Shown here piece after piece: positions 9,991-19,968 of a stretch of 64,000 nt of DNA; position 1 is the stretch's first letter; each line of letters begins with the position of its first letter. Origin of the DNA: an uncultured virus (IMG/VR IMGVR_UViG_3300011897_000001) (Duplodnaviria; Heunggongvirae; Uroviricota; Caudoviricetes); the IMG/VR virus record IMGVR_UViG_3300011897_000001, positions 1 through 64,000 of that record; one strand, 5' to 3'. Both the position numbers and the translations under genes were made by a program. Below the pieces are notes generated by a model that worked only from the letters and a program-made list of their open reading frames with translations, was not told the origin of the DNA and searched no databases.

Positions 9991-10687
9991 TCGGCATCTC
10001 CCACTTCAGATTAAAACCATAATATTTAAGTTCGGCGTCTTTTCGTATTTGTGCTGCTTCTCTTAGCGATTTTGTGAATCCTAGGTAATGTCTAGTCTTT
10101 CCTTTCGAAATCCTAACAACATAACCATACTCTGTGCAAGTTACACCCGGTATCCCAGTTTTGGTGCTTTTAGGTCTTTTATTAAAAGCTTGTAAGCCCA
10201 AATCATCAGTCCAAATGCAGTTTTCCTTACAGTAATTACCGTCTACATCTTTTCTTTCTATCGTATGAGCTTTACTGGGCCTTTGTCCCATATCTCTGAG
10301 AAAATTATCATAACCCTCTCTACCCACAACAGCCCAAGACTCATCAACCGAAATACCTCGAAGAGCGTAGTTTTTATTACCATCTCTTTCGTATTTTGTG
10401 TTGCACCTTCGGACTATATCTTTAAGTATTTTATACTCATCTGTGAGGCAGAAAGAATTATCAGATTTTAGTTTGTAGTTTTCTGTTTGCTTGCATCCAC
10501 AAGAAACTATTTTACCCTCTTTTAAGGATTGTGGTCGAACCTCCGTATTATTTCCGCAGTCGCACAAACACAACCAGTATACTTGACTTCGACCCGACAT
10601 CCTCTTATTTAAGGGCTCTAGACAGATAAGTCTACCAAAACGTAAGCCCTCTAAATTTTCTCTACCTACGCCTTGTTTACCCGCCAT
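9977..10687 (-). CDS. HNH/AP2-type homing endonuclease-like protein
   Basis: GLRFGRL, WLCLCDCGN, TIERKDVDGNYCKENCIW, C-terminal AP2-like YLGF...EAAQIRKDAE. Confidence 0.8.
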   Translation of the reverse strand: MAGKQGVGRENLEGLRFGRLICLEPLNKRMSGRSQVYWLCLCDCGNNTEVRPQSLKEGKIVSCGCKQTENYKLKSDNSFCLTDEYKILKDIVRRCNTKYERDGNKNYALRGISVDESWAVVGREGYDNFLRDMGQRPSKAHTIERKDVDGNYCKENCIWTDDLGLQAFNKRPKSTKTGIPGVTCTEYGYVVRISKGKTRHYLGFTKSLREAAQIRKDAELKYYGFNLKWEMPNEDE

Positions 10688-11420
10688 TACTCCTCTCCTT
10701 TTCTTTCGCCTTCACTAGGCTCTTACAGAGCCCACTCCTTACGATATTATCACTGGTGGCTTTGATAATCTTGATGTGCTGTTCAAGTTCTGGGTTCTTG
10801 TCCACAAAATCACACAGCCAATCAATAGCGTTTTGACCTTTGATGTCGGACTGGTTAGGGTCTCCGATCAAAAATAAGCGTGAACCTTCTTCCATACGGG
10901 TCAACATTGTGTAAAGTTCATCGCTGGTCATAGACTGAGCTTCATCAATAACCATGACTCCACTAACACTTCGTCCACGGGCATACTCCGGGGCAAGCAG
11001 TTCAATAGTTCCATTGTTGATGCAATTCTCATAGTAAGATTTACCGTAACGATTCCAGATGACTTCGAGTAGCGGCATCAAGAAAGGTTCAAACTTCTGT
11101 TGTAGCGTGGAAGGCAGCATACCGAGACTACGGCCCATGGGAATAACGGCGCGAGTAAGCGTAATCTTGTCAATGTCACCACGTTTAAGCCAGTCACTTA
11201 TTTCAGACATAGTGAGAAAAGTCTTTCCTACACCAGCGGGTGCGGAAAACACAACCACGTCGTATTGCTTCATTGCAGACAGGAATTCTTTCTGAACTTC
11301 AGTCTTTGCTTGAACCGGAGTGCGAACTTCGTCTGCAAATTTTGCACGAACAACCTTCTCTCCCCGATTTAGTCGTTTTTCTTCCCGAGCCGCCATAACA
11401 TCTGCTTGATTACGCTTCAT
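10677..11420 (-). CDS. phoH: PhoH-family ATPase
   Basis: APAGVGKT Walker A, RGRS, IDEAQ, GDPNQSD, IVRS. Confidence 0.92.
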   Translation of the reverse strand: MKRNQADVMAAREEKRLNRGEKVVRAKFADEVRTPVQAKTEVQKEFLSAMKQYDVVVFSAPAGVGKTFLTMSEISDWLKRGDIDKITLTRAVIPMGRSLGMLPSTLQQKFEPFLMPLLEVIWNRYGKSYYENCINNGTIELLAPEYARGRSVSGVMVIDEAQSMTSDELYTMLTRMEEGSRLFLIGDPNQSDIKGQNAIDWLCDFVDKNPELEQHIKIIKATSDNIVRSGLCKSLVKAKEKERSNGG

Positions 11421-11743
11421 AAAATCTCCTTAGAAAATTAGTACACCAGCCCAAATTGCAATACCGAGGGAGATCATGAAATTTACCAAATCTGCCCCCT
11501 TGGTATTATTGACAACACGTGGATAATTAGCACTGCTAATGTGAGTCATGATAATACCCATATTCAACAGGTTTGAGATAAAAATAACCATAACAAATGT
11601 AATCACTAACTACGCTCCTTAAAAGGATCAATTCGCATACCACCTTTAGATGTGACGTGCAATGTTTTAAGCTTCTTGTACTGTTTGAGTAGTTCACTTT
11701 CGTATTTAGTTAGGAAGAAAAGCATTCTAAATAAAGACAGCAT

Positions 11744-11932
11744 CTACTTCTCCTCCTCAGGAATACCAATAATCAGAATAGGGTTCTCCACATCATTAAA
11801 TACAACACAGCCTTCTTTCATCTCTTCAATTTTAGTTTCAAGCTTTTTGATAACAAACTTATTTTCAGCTTGCATGAATAGCAACCCAAGCACAACCAGC
11901 AAGACAAAGATGTGAGTAGCTTTATTCATCAC
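11744..11932 (-). CDS. small membrane protein
   Basis: N-terminal TM helix. Confidence 0.5.
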   Translation of the reverse strand: MMNKATHIFVLLVVLGLLFMQAENKFVIKKLETKIEEMKEGCVVFNDVENPILIIGIPEEEK

Positions 11933-12070
11933 AGACAGCCTCCGACGATGTAGCTAATGACCTCGTTAGGTTGCTTACCAGACTTGTAGAAAGTGTATAG
12001 GGTATTCGTATTGTTCTTCAATACTCGTTTCTGAGTAATAGTAGCTTGAGCCAGAACATCAAAGTACCAG

Positions 12071-12778
12071 TCAGACCAGCTCATTGCTTGTTTTTGTTGT
12101 ACGTTCATTCTCTTTCTCCTGCGCTTCCAGAATCATTCTAGTTAATTTCTTACGATCACGTTGTTTGACGCCAAATTTTCGTCCTACTTCTTGAAGGTCC
12201 GTCCAATAAAGTTCATCAAGACTCTCTTTCGTGAATAATAGTGTACCACAATCTTCCGACTCTGCAAGCTTTTTCTGCTCATCAGCTTCAAAATTTATTT
12301 CATCATCAATTTCCCACTTCTCGTGGACGGTTAGCTGCTTGTTATAACCCATGTCAAGTTCTTGTGCTTGTTCTACTAACTCATCCATAGCTCGATTTGA
12401 TTCTGCCTTTTCCCTAAGCGCATTCATTCGATCAAGTAGCTCTGAAGGCAGAGGTTCACATTGTTTCATAAATTCATCAAAATCACTCAAATCAAGGTTC
12501 CGTAGATGCTCTTCTGATGCCGACGTTTTACCCAGTCGCCTTTTGGCCGCTTCTTTGTAGAACTCTTCAAGCTCTTTTTCTTCACTACCGGTAAGAGGAA
12601 ACCCATCATAATCTAGTGACTCCCTTGTAGGTATAAAATGAATCTCATATGCGCTTCCACGTTTGCGTGCACAGAAAGCTGAGTCATGGTCGATACGATA
12701 GCCTTCAAAAACCATTTGCTCAATTTTAGCAGCAAATTCATGGATGTAAGCTGTTGAATATCTAATTCGTTGTGTCAT
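12071..12778 (-). CDS. hypothetical acidic/coiled-coil protein
   Basis: Long ORF with GGAGG RBS. Confidence 0.6.
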   Translation of the reverse strand: MTQRIRYSTAYIHEFAAKIEQMVFEGYRIDHDSAFCARKRGSAYEIHFIPTRESLDYDGFPLTGSEEKELEEFYKEAAKRRLGKTSASEEHLRNLDLSDFDEFMKQCEPLPSELLDRMNALREKAESNRAMDELVEQAQELDMGYNKQLTVHEKWEIDDEINFEADEQKKLAESEDCGTLLFTKESLDELYWTDLQEVGRKFGVKQRDRKKLTRMILEAQEKENERTTKTSNELV

Positions 12779-12976
12779 TCTTCCTCCTGTGATTTAATAA
12801 ATTTTTCAACATCTTTCAAATATTCATCAATAAGTTCAATAGTACCTACTGGCGAATAATAAAATTCAAGGTCATAGCCATCATTGTAGTATAGACTGGT
12901 TGCTCGGGTCTTATCTGCCTAATCGAGAAATTCCAATATAACTGACCTTAAAATTTCTTCTTTCATCACATCTCCT

Positions 12977-13603
12977 TTAGTCTGGCTGATAATTTTCATA
13001 CCTGTCAATCAACGCTTTTGCAATTCGTTCATCACTCTGCCCGGCAGCAAGAATATAGGCTTGTCTTAACTTTTCAGCCAACCATGCTTCATGACCTTGT
13101 TGTGCGCTATTAAAATATCCGAGAAAATTTGTCTTTTTTAGTAAATTATCCCTACACTGAGCTTTGAATTTACCGCTCTGTTTGTCAAAGTAAACACCGA
13201 TTGGCCATTCACCCCGACGACCTTGGCATTCTAATAGGAAAGTATTAACATTTTTATCGAGGAATAGGCAAGTATTTGGACCATACTCTTTATTTCCCGG
13301 TATTAACAAATCTTTGTCAAGACTCTTACCCTCCCATTCTTGTTTTTCCATCCACGCCCTAAAAGTCATAAAATAATGCCATTCTGGAACTACGTAACAA
13401 CCCCTATATGTTGGGTCTTTTACTAGTGCAGCCTCATTGTAACAACGTCTCAGCAAGTTGCACCATTTTAGATAGTAAGGGCAAGTCCAAAGTACAGTCC
13501 TAATCTTTCGACCATCTTCACGATAACCTATGATTTTTGCTACCTGTGTTACATAGTCGGCATCGTTAATACCTATGCCGAAGACTAACTTACGTATTTT
13601 CAC
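12977..13603 (-). CDS. putative homing-endonuclease-like protein with AP2-like C-terminus (paralog family of 20561 and 53297)
   Basis: GIGIND..., CPYY.KW, LDKDLL..GNK.Y.P, WPIGV, LGYF..A..GH.AW. Confidence 0.7.
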   Translation of the reverse strand: MKIRKLVFGIGINDADYVTQVAKIIGYREDGRKIRTVLWTCPYYLKWCNLLRRCYNEAALVKDPTYRGCYVVPEWHYFMTFRAWMEKQEWEGKSLDKDLLIPGNKEYGPNTCLFLDKNVNTFLLECQGRRGEWPIGVYFDKQSGKFKAQCRDNLLKKTNFLGYFNSAQQGHEAWLAEKLRQAYILAAGQSDERIAKALIDRYENYQPD

Positions 13604-13946
13604 CTAAATCCTCCAACATTTTTATTAACTTATCCTCTTTTAAAGTTTTTATTTCAATTCTTTTAAGCAACACAACCAGAGCATCCCGAAAAACCTTATC
13701 CTTTTCATTCAAGCTTGTTTCATTCTCTCCTACTTTCTCTACCTTGTCAACCTCTTCCGGGCCATTCTCTTCCTTTGGCCTGTTATTGGTTACAATTTCT
13801 TCTGCCCACTTCACCTCAATATCAAATTTCTCATCGTCTTGGGCACAGTCGAAGCGAAAGCCTCCTAAAAATGTTCGTGTTGTAGTGGGGATTGAACGAA
13901 TAGCTGCCATTGTTTTGCTATCGATTTCGTTCATTAGAAATCTCAT
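13590..13946 (-). CDS. hypothetical protein
   Basis: Packed ORF. Confidence 0.5.
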   Translation of the reverse strand: MRFLMNEIDSKTMAAIRSIPTTTRTFLGGFRFDCAQDDEKFDIEVKWAEEIVTNNRPKEENGPEEVDKVEKVGENETSLNEKDKVFRDALVVLLKRIEIKTLKEDKLIKMLEDLGENT

Positions 13947-14139
13947 AAGTCAATTTAGGCACACACTTCTCATCTCGTGGTAGAGATTTCTCACAAGATT
14001 CTTTCAGCTTAGCTGCTTCGAAGCGTGAGATGCCGAATGTTTCTGAAGCTAAGTCACGTTCAATCCAGACTGAAAACCCACACATTACAAAAGCAACTAG
14101 AAATCCAAGAATTATGATAACAGGAATTGAATCATTCAT
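13918..14139 (-). CDS. small membrane protein
   Basis: TM helix plus CEKSLPRDEKC motif. Confidence 0.55.
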   Translation of the reverse strand: MNDSIPVIIILGFLVAFVMCGFSVWIERDLASETFGISRFEAAKLKESCEKSLPRDEKCVPKLTYEISNERNR

Positions 14140-14292
14140 ATTATTTCTCCATTCCAGTTATAATATAACCAATTCTAATAGCTTTTGCGTAGGTTGTGTA
14201 AATGTACCCATCTTTACGACTGTAAGCAAGTACGACATGGTTGTCGTCAAGAATCTGCCCTGCATAGTTCACGAAGTCTTTTAGGTGATACA

Positions 14293-14718
14293 TCATCGCT
14301 TACCTCGCTCTTCAAGTCGTTTCTTAATATTCACACCAGCTTCTTTAGCAAGCTTACTCAGATTCAAAGGTCCTTCTGGATTCTCGCTTACACAAAATCC
14401 ACTCCGACACTCAATACCATAATCAATAACGGCGTAGTATTCAAGAATATATTGCACTGTAGCTCCCCAACCGAAGATGTGAACTACTCTACCTTCTGTC
14501 AGCTTATCGCCCCCGTTCGCAAACCAGAGAGTATCACCAATCTTGTATTGTAAGCTATTGACATCTTTAACATCCAAAGAGCTATTCCAGGATTTCTTCC
14601 ATACCACCCAGGATTGTTGAACTTGAGGGTGCATATAACCGTCCTCGTATTTACGTTCAATATTGCCACCTAGTTCAGTGATGTATTTCTCAAACTCTTC
14701 ACGCATTAAGTCTGTCAT
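14293..14718 (-). CDS. hypothetical protein
   Basis: MREEFEK...YMHPQVQQSWVVW motif typical of phage small proteins. Confidence 0.6.
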   Translation of the reverse strand: MTDLMREEFEKYITELGGNIERKYEDGYMHPQVQQSWVVWKKSWNSSLDVKDVNSLQYKIGDTLWFANGGDKLTEGRVVHIFGWGATVQYILEYYAVIDYGIECRSGFCVSENPEGPLNLSKLAKEAGVNIKKRLEERGKR

Positions 14719-14927
14719 TTTCCCTCCGGAAATTCAATAGCTTCATCAGACCACTTCACATCGTCTGGTGCATCTTTAACAAGCATCCAAGAGTGCGACC
14801 ACTCATTCCAGTAGCTCAAGTCATGCTTATCCCATAGATAGTCGATTGGGATCACATCATGGTCTGTAATATTGTCTTTGTAGAAGTAATAGCCGGGGAT
14901 TTTCGGCTTACGTTTTGTCCACTTCAT
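14715..14927 (-). CDS. MKWT-family paralog 3
   Basis: MKWTKRKPKIPGYYFY; ATG at 14927 with GGAG RBS. Confidence 0.6.
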   Translation of the reverse strand: MKWTKRKPKIPGYYFYKDNITDHDVIPIDYLWDKHDLSYWNEWSHSWMLVKDAPDDVKWSDEAIEFPEGK

Positions 14928-14928
14928 T

Positions 14929-15150
14929 TTAATTCTCCGGCTTGTCAAGAGGTTCGTTAGAGTATTCCCACCAATCATATTGGTGACTATTGGTGTTGGT
15001 AGTCCAATTACCACCACCTTCAGCCGGAAGTATTAAATAGACATTTTCTTTGTCGACTTCAAAATAGTCTATTGAATCCAGCCTGTGTGGACTCCTATTC
15101 CAATACCAGCCTGAAAATTTAGGTTTTTCTTTCGTCCACTTCATTGACAT
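14929..15150 (-). CDS. MKWT-family paralog 2
   Basis: MKWTKEKPKFSGWYW. Confidence 0.6.
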   Translation of the reverse strand: MSMKWTKEKPKFSGWYWNRSPHRLDSIDYFEVDKENVYLILPAEGGGNWTTNTNSHQYDWWEYSNEPLDKPEN

Positions 15151-15356
15151 GATTTTACTTTCACCTCTTCCGGGATTTGTACAGAAATATTACTAAACTC
15201 AGCTTCGTATGGCAAGTCTGGCCAGAAAATAAACTCTCTTTTGATTGCATGCCATACAGCACGTCCTTGAAAGAACAGTCTTACTTCTGGCTCAGTCTCA
15301 GCATCGCGATACCAGTATGCTCCAGGTTCTTTGGGGAATTGACTGGTCCACTTCAT
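15141..15356 (-). CDS. MKWT-family paralog 1
   Basis: MKWTSQFPKEPGAYWY. Confidence 0.6.
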   Translation of the reverse strand: MKWTSQFPKEPGAYWYRDAETEPEVRLFFQGRAVWHAIKREFIFWPDLPYEAEFSNISVQIPEEVKVKSCQ

Positions 15357-15631
15357 TAATTATCTCCTTTCACTTGCCACCTAACCAGTGCATAAATAGG
15401 TTCAAGTTCAATTACACGGTAATCTCCATCTTTGTGTCTACTATGGTCAGGGTAGACTGTCCAGCTTGATCTTTTCATGAACTTAGCAATAGCCTCTTCT
15501 GAATGGAAAGCTAGCACATCAGTATCTTCAAGATTAGAAGATGCCCAAGCTTCGTTCAAGTGATTTGTTGTGACAAGATATTCACGACCATGCTTTGACT
15601 TGTAGATTACTCCATATCGTTTGGTGCTCAT
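15356..15631 (-). CDS. hypothetical protein
   Basis: GAGG RBS, packed. Confidence 0.55.
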   Translation of the reverse strand: MSTKRYGVIYKSKHGREYLVTTNHLNEAWASSNLEDTDVLAFHSEEAIAKFMKRSSWTVYPDHSRHKDGDYRVIELEPIYALVRWQVKGDN

Positions 15632-15751
15632 CTATTTATCCTCTTTATAAGGCCCCTAGGAGCTTGTCTGTGCAACGTTCTCTGTTGGGGTGCTACGATG
15701 GTATTGAGTAAGGTTAGCGTTGCTTAGAGGGCATTATTAACCTCCTACCCT

Positions 15752-16045
15752 CTAAATATTATTTTTCTTATAGAAATCACTTTCTATCAAGAAATCCTCT
15801 GCCTCCATCAATATTTTAGATGCACCTCCTGTTTCAGTAAGCCTATAAAGAAAATCCATTGCTTTTTCCAATTTAATTTTGCTCTTATGCAGTTCGTAAG
15901 CGGTTTTGTTGTAGATTCTTATTTTGTTCTCAATAGCCAAGTTTAGCTGAAATCCCAGCAACGTTTTTGGATTAGTGTTAGCCCATTCACCATCTTCAAT
16001 CAAGTTTAGTATGGCTTTCACTTCTTGCAGTTCTAAATTTTCCAC
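15752..16045 (-). CDS. hypothetical protein, first gene of the leftward unit
   Basis: Downstream of a leftward TTGACT promoter-like element near 16075-16103. Confidence 0.5.
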   Translation of the reverse strand: MENLELQEVKAILNLIEDGEWANTNPKTLLGFQLNLAIENKIRIYNKTAYELHKSKIKLEKAMDFLYRLTETGGASKILMEAEDFLIESDFYKKNNI

Positions 16046-16147
16046 AGCACACCCCCTCGTTTGGTTGATAGGACATAAGATACCACAGATTTTCAGTGAG
16101 TCAACAGGGGAGTGAAAATATTTTTAGAAAGATTTTGGAGAAAGGTG

Positions 16148-16176
16148 TTGACGTATAGGATTTTGTGGGTTATCAT
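16148..16176 (+). promoter_or_regulatory. sigma70-type promoter, divergent from the leftward promoter near 16075-16103
   Basis: TTGACG-N17-TATCAT. Confidence 0.65.
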
Positions 16177-16592
16177 TTCTAAAGTCGCTGAGAAAAGCGA
16201 ATCGGGTAGAGAGTTTTTGGCTAGAAACGCTTTGTATCTACCTTAAAGCCATAAAGAGCACGGCAAACGTAGGAAGATGGCCTTAGGGCTTGGGATGAGA
16301 CGGCAAGGCACCAGCATACGGTGGAGACTCCCAGAAGACAATAGTGGTTGCAAGCTTTTGTCTATCCCGTGTCTATTGACATGCTATCGTGAATGATAGA
16401 GAATCGTGTGGCTCCAGTGTGCAGAGCATTTAGCATATTGGTGTTCAAGTTCTGAGGAGAATCTTAGTTCTGGAAGCTCTGGCTTTAAAAGCCATCTTCT
16501 GGACTAAGGGGAAGATGTATCCAGAATTTGTTCACCAGTGTGCAGAGTTATAAAGATATACTTAATAAGATAATAGATAAATGAGATAAGAG

Positions 16593-16814
16593 ATGAAAAG
16601 ACCAAAGGTTAGTGATACATACGAAGTATTGAAGAAGCAGTTTTCATCCTTATGGCATCTATACAGATCACAAGAAGTACAACTATCTTACTATCAAGAG
16701 CAGATAGCTAAGCTTGAAGAATATCAACTCTTGCACTCAGAAGAGGAGTTCAGTGCTTTGAGAGATACCATTGAGATTCTTACTAATAGAATTGAGGAGT
16801 TAGAGAATGCGTGA
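16593..16814 (+). CDS. hypothetical coiled-coil protein
   Basis: First ORF of the rightward unit. Confidence 0.55.
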   Translation: MKRPKVSDTYEVLKKQFSSLWHLYRSQEVQLSYYQEQIAKLEEYQLLHSEEEFSALRDTIEILTNRIEELENA

Positions 16815-17007
16815 TTATGTGATTGTTATTTTAGCTTTGGTAGCATTCGTGCTGGTGTTTAATTCCATCAATGGTACAAGGGAAGAGAAGATTAATATGA
16901 AGCAGATGCAAATGATGACTGAGCACTGCAAACAACAGGGTGCAATTTATTATAAAGAGCCTGGTAGTGATGGTGTTTGTGTGAAGCAGAAGGAGAAGAT
17001 TGAGTGA
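16807..17007 (+). CDS. small membrane protein
   Basis: N-terminal TM helix, GAGGAG RBS. Confidence 0.55.
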   Translation: MRDYVIVILALVAFVLVFNSINGTREEKINMKQMQMMTEHCKQQGAIYYKEPGSDGVCVKQKEKIE

Positions 17008-17933
17008 ATTACAAATATCACTATGATGCTTTAATTTCAAGCAGGAGAGAATTACCTCGCGCAAAAGGTGAGGGTGTTTATTACGAACGGCATCATATTG
17101 TTCCACGCTCCATGGGCGGTGGTGATGAGTCTTCCAACCTAATCCTACTGACTGGCAGAGAGCACTATATTGCTCACATGCTTTTATGGAAAATTTATCC
17201 AGAAAACAAGTCTATGCACTACGCTTTTATGGTAATGTGCAATAAATCTGTAAGTAAAGTAAATTCCAAGATTTATGAAGCTCTCAGGAAAAATCATTCT
17301 GAGATAGTGTCTAAGTTTCAGTCTGGTGAAAACCATCCTATGTTTGGTAAATCGATTACTCAGGATCATAAAGATAGGCTAAGGAGTCTGCGTTCTGGTG
17401 TTAAACAATCCCCAGAGACAATAGAAAAGCGTGCGTCCAAGAATAGGGGCAAGAAGAGAAGCAAACCAATGTCTCAAGAGCAAAGGCTTAAACTTTCTGA
17501 GGCAAAGAAAGGAAAAAGAAATTCAGAAGAGTCTTATAAAAGAGGAGCAGAAAAACGTAAAGGGCTTCCTAGAACAGAGAATCAAATCACTGCTTTGGCT
17601 GAATATAATGCAAATAAGATTGTCAGCGAAGAAACCAAATCTAAAATTTCTTTAAAAACTAAAGAAAGATTTGAGAATTGGAACCATCCTAAAATTTTGT
17701 CTAATATTGACAAGTGGATTATGGCTGACTACTATTTTGAGGTGTGGAATTTCTTGGGAATGCCAGGAAGAGCTAAAATGACCACAGGCTATAATAAGAT
17801 GCATTCTGATAATTGCTCAAGAGACTACTTTGAAGCAATGGTTTTTAAATTCCAAAATGGCTGGAATCCGTACGAAGACACTAAGTGGTTAAATTTTAAG
17901 GAGAAGTATGATGTCGCACTGCCGAGCTTGTAA
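17004..17933 (+). CDS. HNH homing endonuclease with NUMOD3 repeats
   Basis: YERHHIVPRSMGG.D...NLI.LT.REHYIAH.LL; HPMFGK / S.ET..K.S repeats. Confidence 0.88.
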   Translation: MNYKYHYDALISSRRELPRAKGEGVYYERHHIVPRSMGGGDESSNLILLTGREHYIAHMLLWKIYPENKSMHYAFMVMCNKSVSKVNSKIYEALRKNHSEIVSKFQSGENHPMFGKSITQDHKDRLRSLRSGVKQSPETIEKRASKNRGKKRSKPMSQEQRLKLSEAKKGKRNSEESYKRGAEKRKGLPRTENQITALAEYNANKIVSEETKSKISLKTKERFENWNHPKILSNIDKWIMADYYFEVWNFLGMPGRAKMTTGYNKMHSDNCSRDYFEAMVFKFQNGWNPYEDTKWLNFKEKYDVALPSL

Positions 17934-18126
17934 TTGCCGTTTAACGTGGAAAGATTTTAAAGTTCCTCAAGATGATGGTTCAGAGGAAGACCTTTGTTCT
18001 TCTTGTCTGAATGTGGCTTATTATCCAGATCAGTTTTATAGCAAAGAATATCAATTTGAAGCGGAAAGTGATTCTTTGGAAGTTATTTTAGGTATTCCAT
18101 CTAAGTCTAAAGAGGTTGAGTATTGA
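17908..18126 (+). CDS. small zinc-finger-like protein
   Basis: CRACN...LCSSC. Confidence 0.6.
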   Translation: MMSHCRACNCRLTWKDFKVPQDDGSEEDLCSSCLNVAYYPDQFYSKEYQFEAESDSLEVILGIPSKSKEVEY

Positions 18127-18185
18127 CATGTTATGATATATCATGTAAACTGTTTATAGGTAAGCCACTCTATAAGCTAAAAATT

Positions 18186-18527
18186 ATGAAAAAATCAGAA
18201 GGCAAAGGGAAAGGCGGGAGGCCAGTTGGGTCGGTCAGCCGTCTAACCTCAAAGCAAACGAAGTTAAAAAACGCCGTCCTTCGTTACATGGAAGAACACA
18301 TTGCGGATGCAATGGATGTTCTCGTTACCATTATGAAGGACGAAAGCGTTAACGCTCAAACACGGGTGACTAGTGCAAAATACGTTGTCGATAAGTCATC
18401 AGAACTTATTGAAAAAATATTGACGCCAGAAAAAGACGATGGCGCCTCAGAAGACTCCGAAGAGAAAGCTGAAGTCGTAGACATCAAACCTCGTCTCAGT
18501 CTTACCGTTCCTACCAAAAAAGACTAA
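18186..18527 (+). CDS. putative terminase small subunit
   Basis: KGGRPVGS N-terminal motif, helical body; ATG at 18186 downstream of a TTGACA-N17-TAAACT promoter at 18123. Confidence 0.55.
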   Translation: MKKSEGKGKGGRPVGSVSRLTSKQTKLKNAVLRYMEEHIADAMDVLVTIMKDESVNAQTRVTSAKYVVDKSSELIEKILTPEKDDGASEDSEEKAEVVDIKPRLSLTVPTKKD

Positions 18528-18586
18528 TACATCTATTCAAGCCAAGTCAGCTTTCTGGCTTATACATAACAATAAATATTGGTGAT

Positions 18587-19966
18587 ATGATGACAGATGC
18601 TGAACTTAGTAGGCTTATTAGCCGTGTTGGTATTCAAGGTGCTTTGAAGTCAGGGGCACTTGATGCGTCTGTTCGTCAGGATGCACAGGAAGTTACAGAC
18701 ATTGCGGTAAACTCAGCTAAGACTGAAATGAACACTGCAATGCAAGCGGCCTTGAAGAATGTCTCAAGCTCTGATAAGACTAATGTTCTAAGTAAGAATA
18801 TGTTTGGCAGATTTGACTCAGAAGTGTTGAGCACTGTCCATACTACTAACATTGTTATGGACCTTGAAGCTCCTTTTACTGGCCTGCGTATTGGCCTACA
18901 TAATATCCACACTGCTGCTGTTCCAGGGGTAAGGGTATGTGTTGCTGTTCGTGATAAACTTGAATATGATAACAACGATGCACGTTGGGCTGGGGAGTTT
19001 CAACTGTCCGGTGGCACTTGGATTGATGCAACGTTTGACGGCAATGTAAGTGGTACTCTTGCCCCTCGTATTGCCGCTGAACGTACTTCAGTAACTTGGA
19101 CTGATATTGTTCCTCTACAATCTATTCCTCGTACTGATGGTGGCGTTCGTCCAATTATCATGGTTCGAGTTGAGCTTCCAAATGGCAGTGTCATGACTCG
19201 CCCATACAATCAGACGTACAACTGGCGTGGTGATCAAGCTCCTCGTTATTTCCGTACTAGCAAGCAAGCAGTGGCAGGTGTTACCAATAAATCTGCATTC
19301 ACTCAGCTTGCTAACACTGAAGCTTCAACTATCTGTCCCGCTATTCAGTATTACTCTACCAAAGCCGGTAAGCAGCTACTGATTGTTGCAGATAGTACGT
19401 TGGAAGGTATTGGTTCAACTCCCACTTGCTATGGTGCTGCTCAACAAGCCGCTCTAACCACCAGCACTGTAGATAGCCCAGTTGATTATTGGAATGGCGC
19501 TCTTCACGCTCAAGTTCCTCTAACCTATACACCCCGTATTGCTGATCTGCTTCCTGTAGTGAATCCTACCCACCTGTTCTACTCTCCTTGGTCGGGTAAC
19601 GACGTTGCGCCAGGAGGTATTCAAGATGATGCTTTGATGCGTTCACGTCAAGCTCTGAGTATGGTTATGGGTTATCTAGCTAACTACAAGGCTCCTGTTA
19701 AAGTGGTTATGGCTGAAGGTTTACCTACCACCACATCAGGTCGAAATACTGGTGCTGGTGATGCTAAGCGGGTAGCTTATAATACTTGGCTATCAAGCTT
19801 CACTGGGTTTACTCCAGCGGTTGGTTATGCTCAAGCTGTTTCAGGAGCAACTGTTAGCGGACAGGTTCAGCTTGACTCTGCTTTGACTACAGATGGCGTT
19901 CACCCTAATCGTGCCGGTTATGATAAGCTTGCAGCGGTTATTAAGCCACTCTTGTTTGGTAGCTGA
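18587..19966 (+). CDS. SGNH/GDSL hydrolase-domain protein (possible virion-associated esterase)
   Basis: ADSTLEG (block I), GND (block III), DGVHPN (block V). Confidence 0.75.
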   Translation: MMTDAELSRLISRVGIQGALKSGALDASVRQDAQEVTDIAVNSAKTEMNTAMQAALKNVSSSDKTNVLSKNMFGRFDSEVLSTVHTTNIVMDLEAPFTGLRIGLHNIHTAAVPGVRVCVAVRDKLEYDNNDARWAGEFQLSGGTWIDATFDGNVSGTLAPRIAAERTSVTWTDIVPLQSIPRTDGGVRPIIMVRVELPNGSVMTRPYNQTYNWRGDQAPRYFRTSKQAVAGVTNKSAFTQLANTEASTICPAIQYYSTKAGKQLLIVADSTLEGIGSTPTCYGAAQQAALTTSTVDSPVDYWNGALHAQVPLTYTPRIADLLPVVNPTHLFYSPWSGNDVAPGGIQDDALMRSRQALSMVMGYLANYKAPVKVVMAEGLPTTTSGRNTGAGDAKRVAYNTWLSSFTGFTPAVGYAQAVSGATVSGQVQLDSALTTDGVHPNRAGYDKLAAVIKPLLFGS

Positions 19967-19968
19967 TT

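Noticed and set aside
16240..16253. Similarity CCTTAAAGCCATA vs CCTTTAAGCCATA at 44393 between two non-coding regions
   Set aside because: Too short, and opposite orientation relative to the predicted transcripts; could be chance
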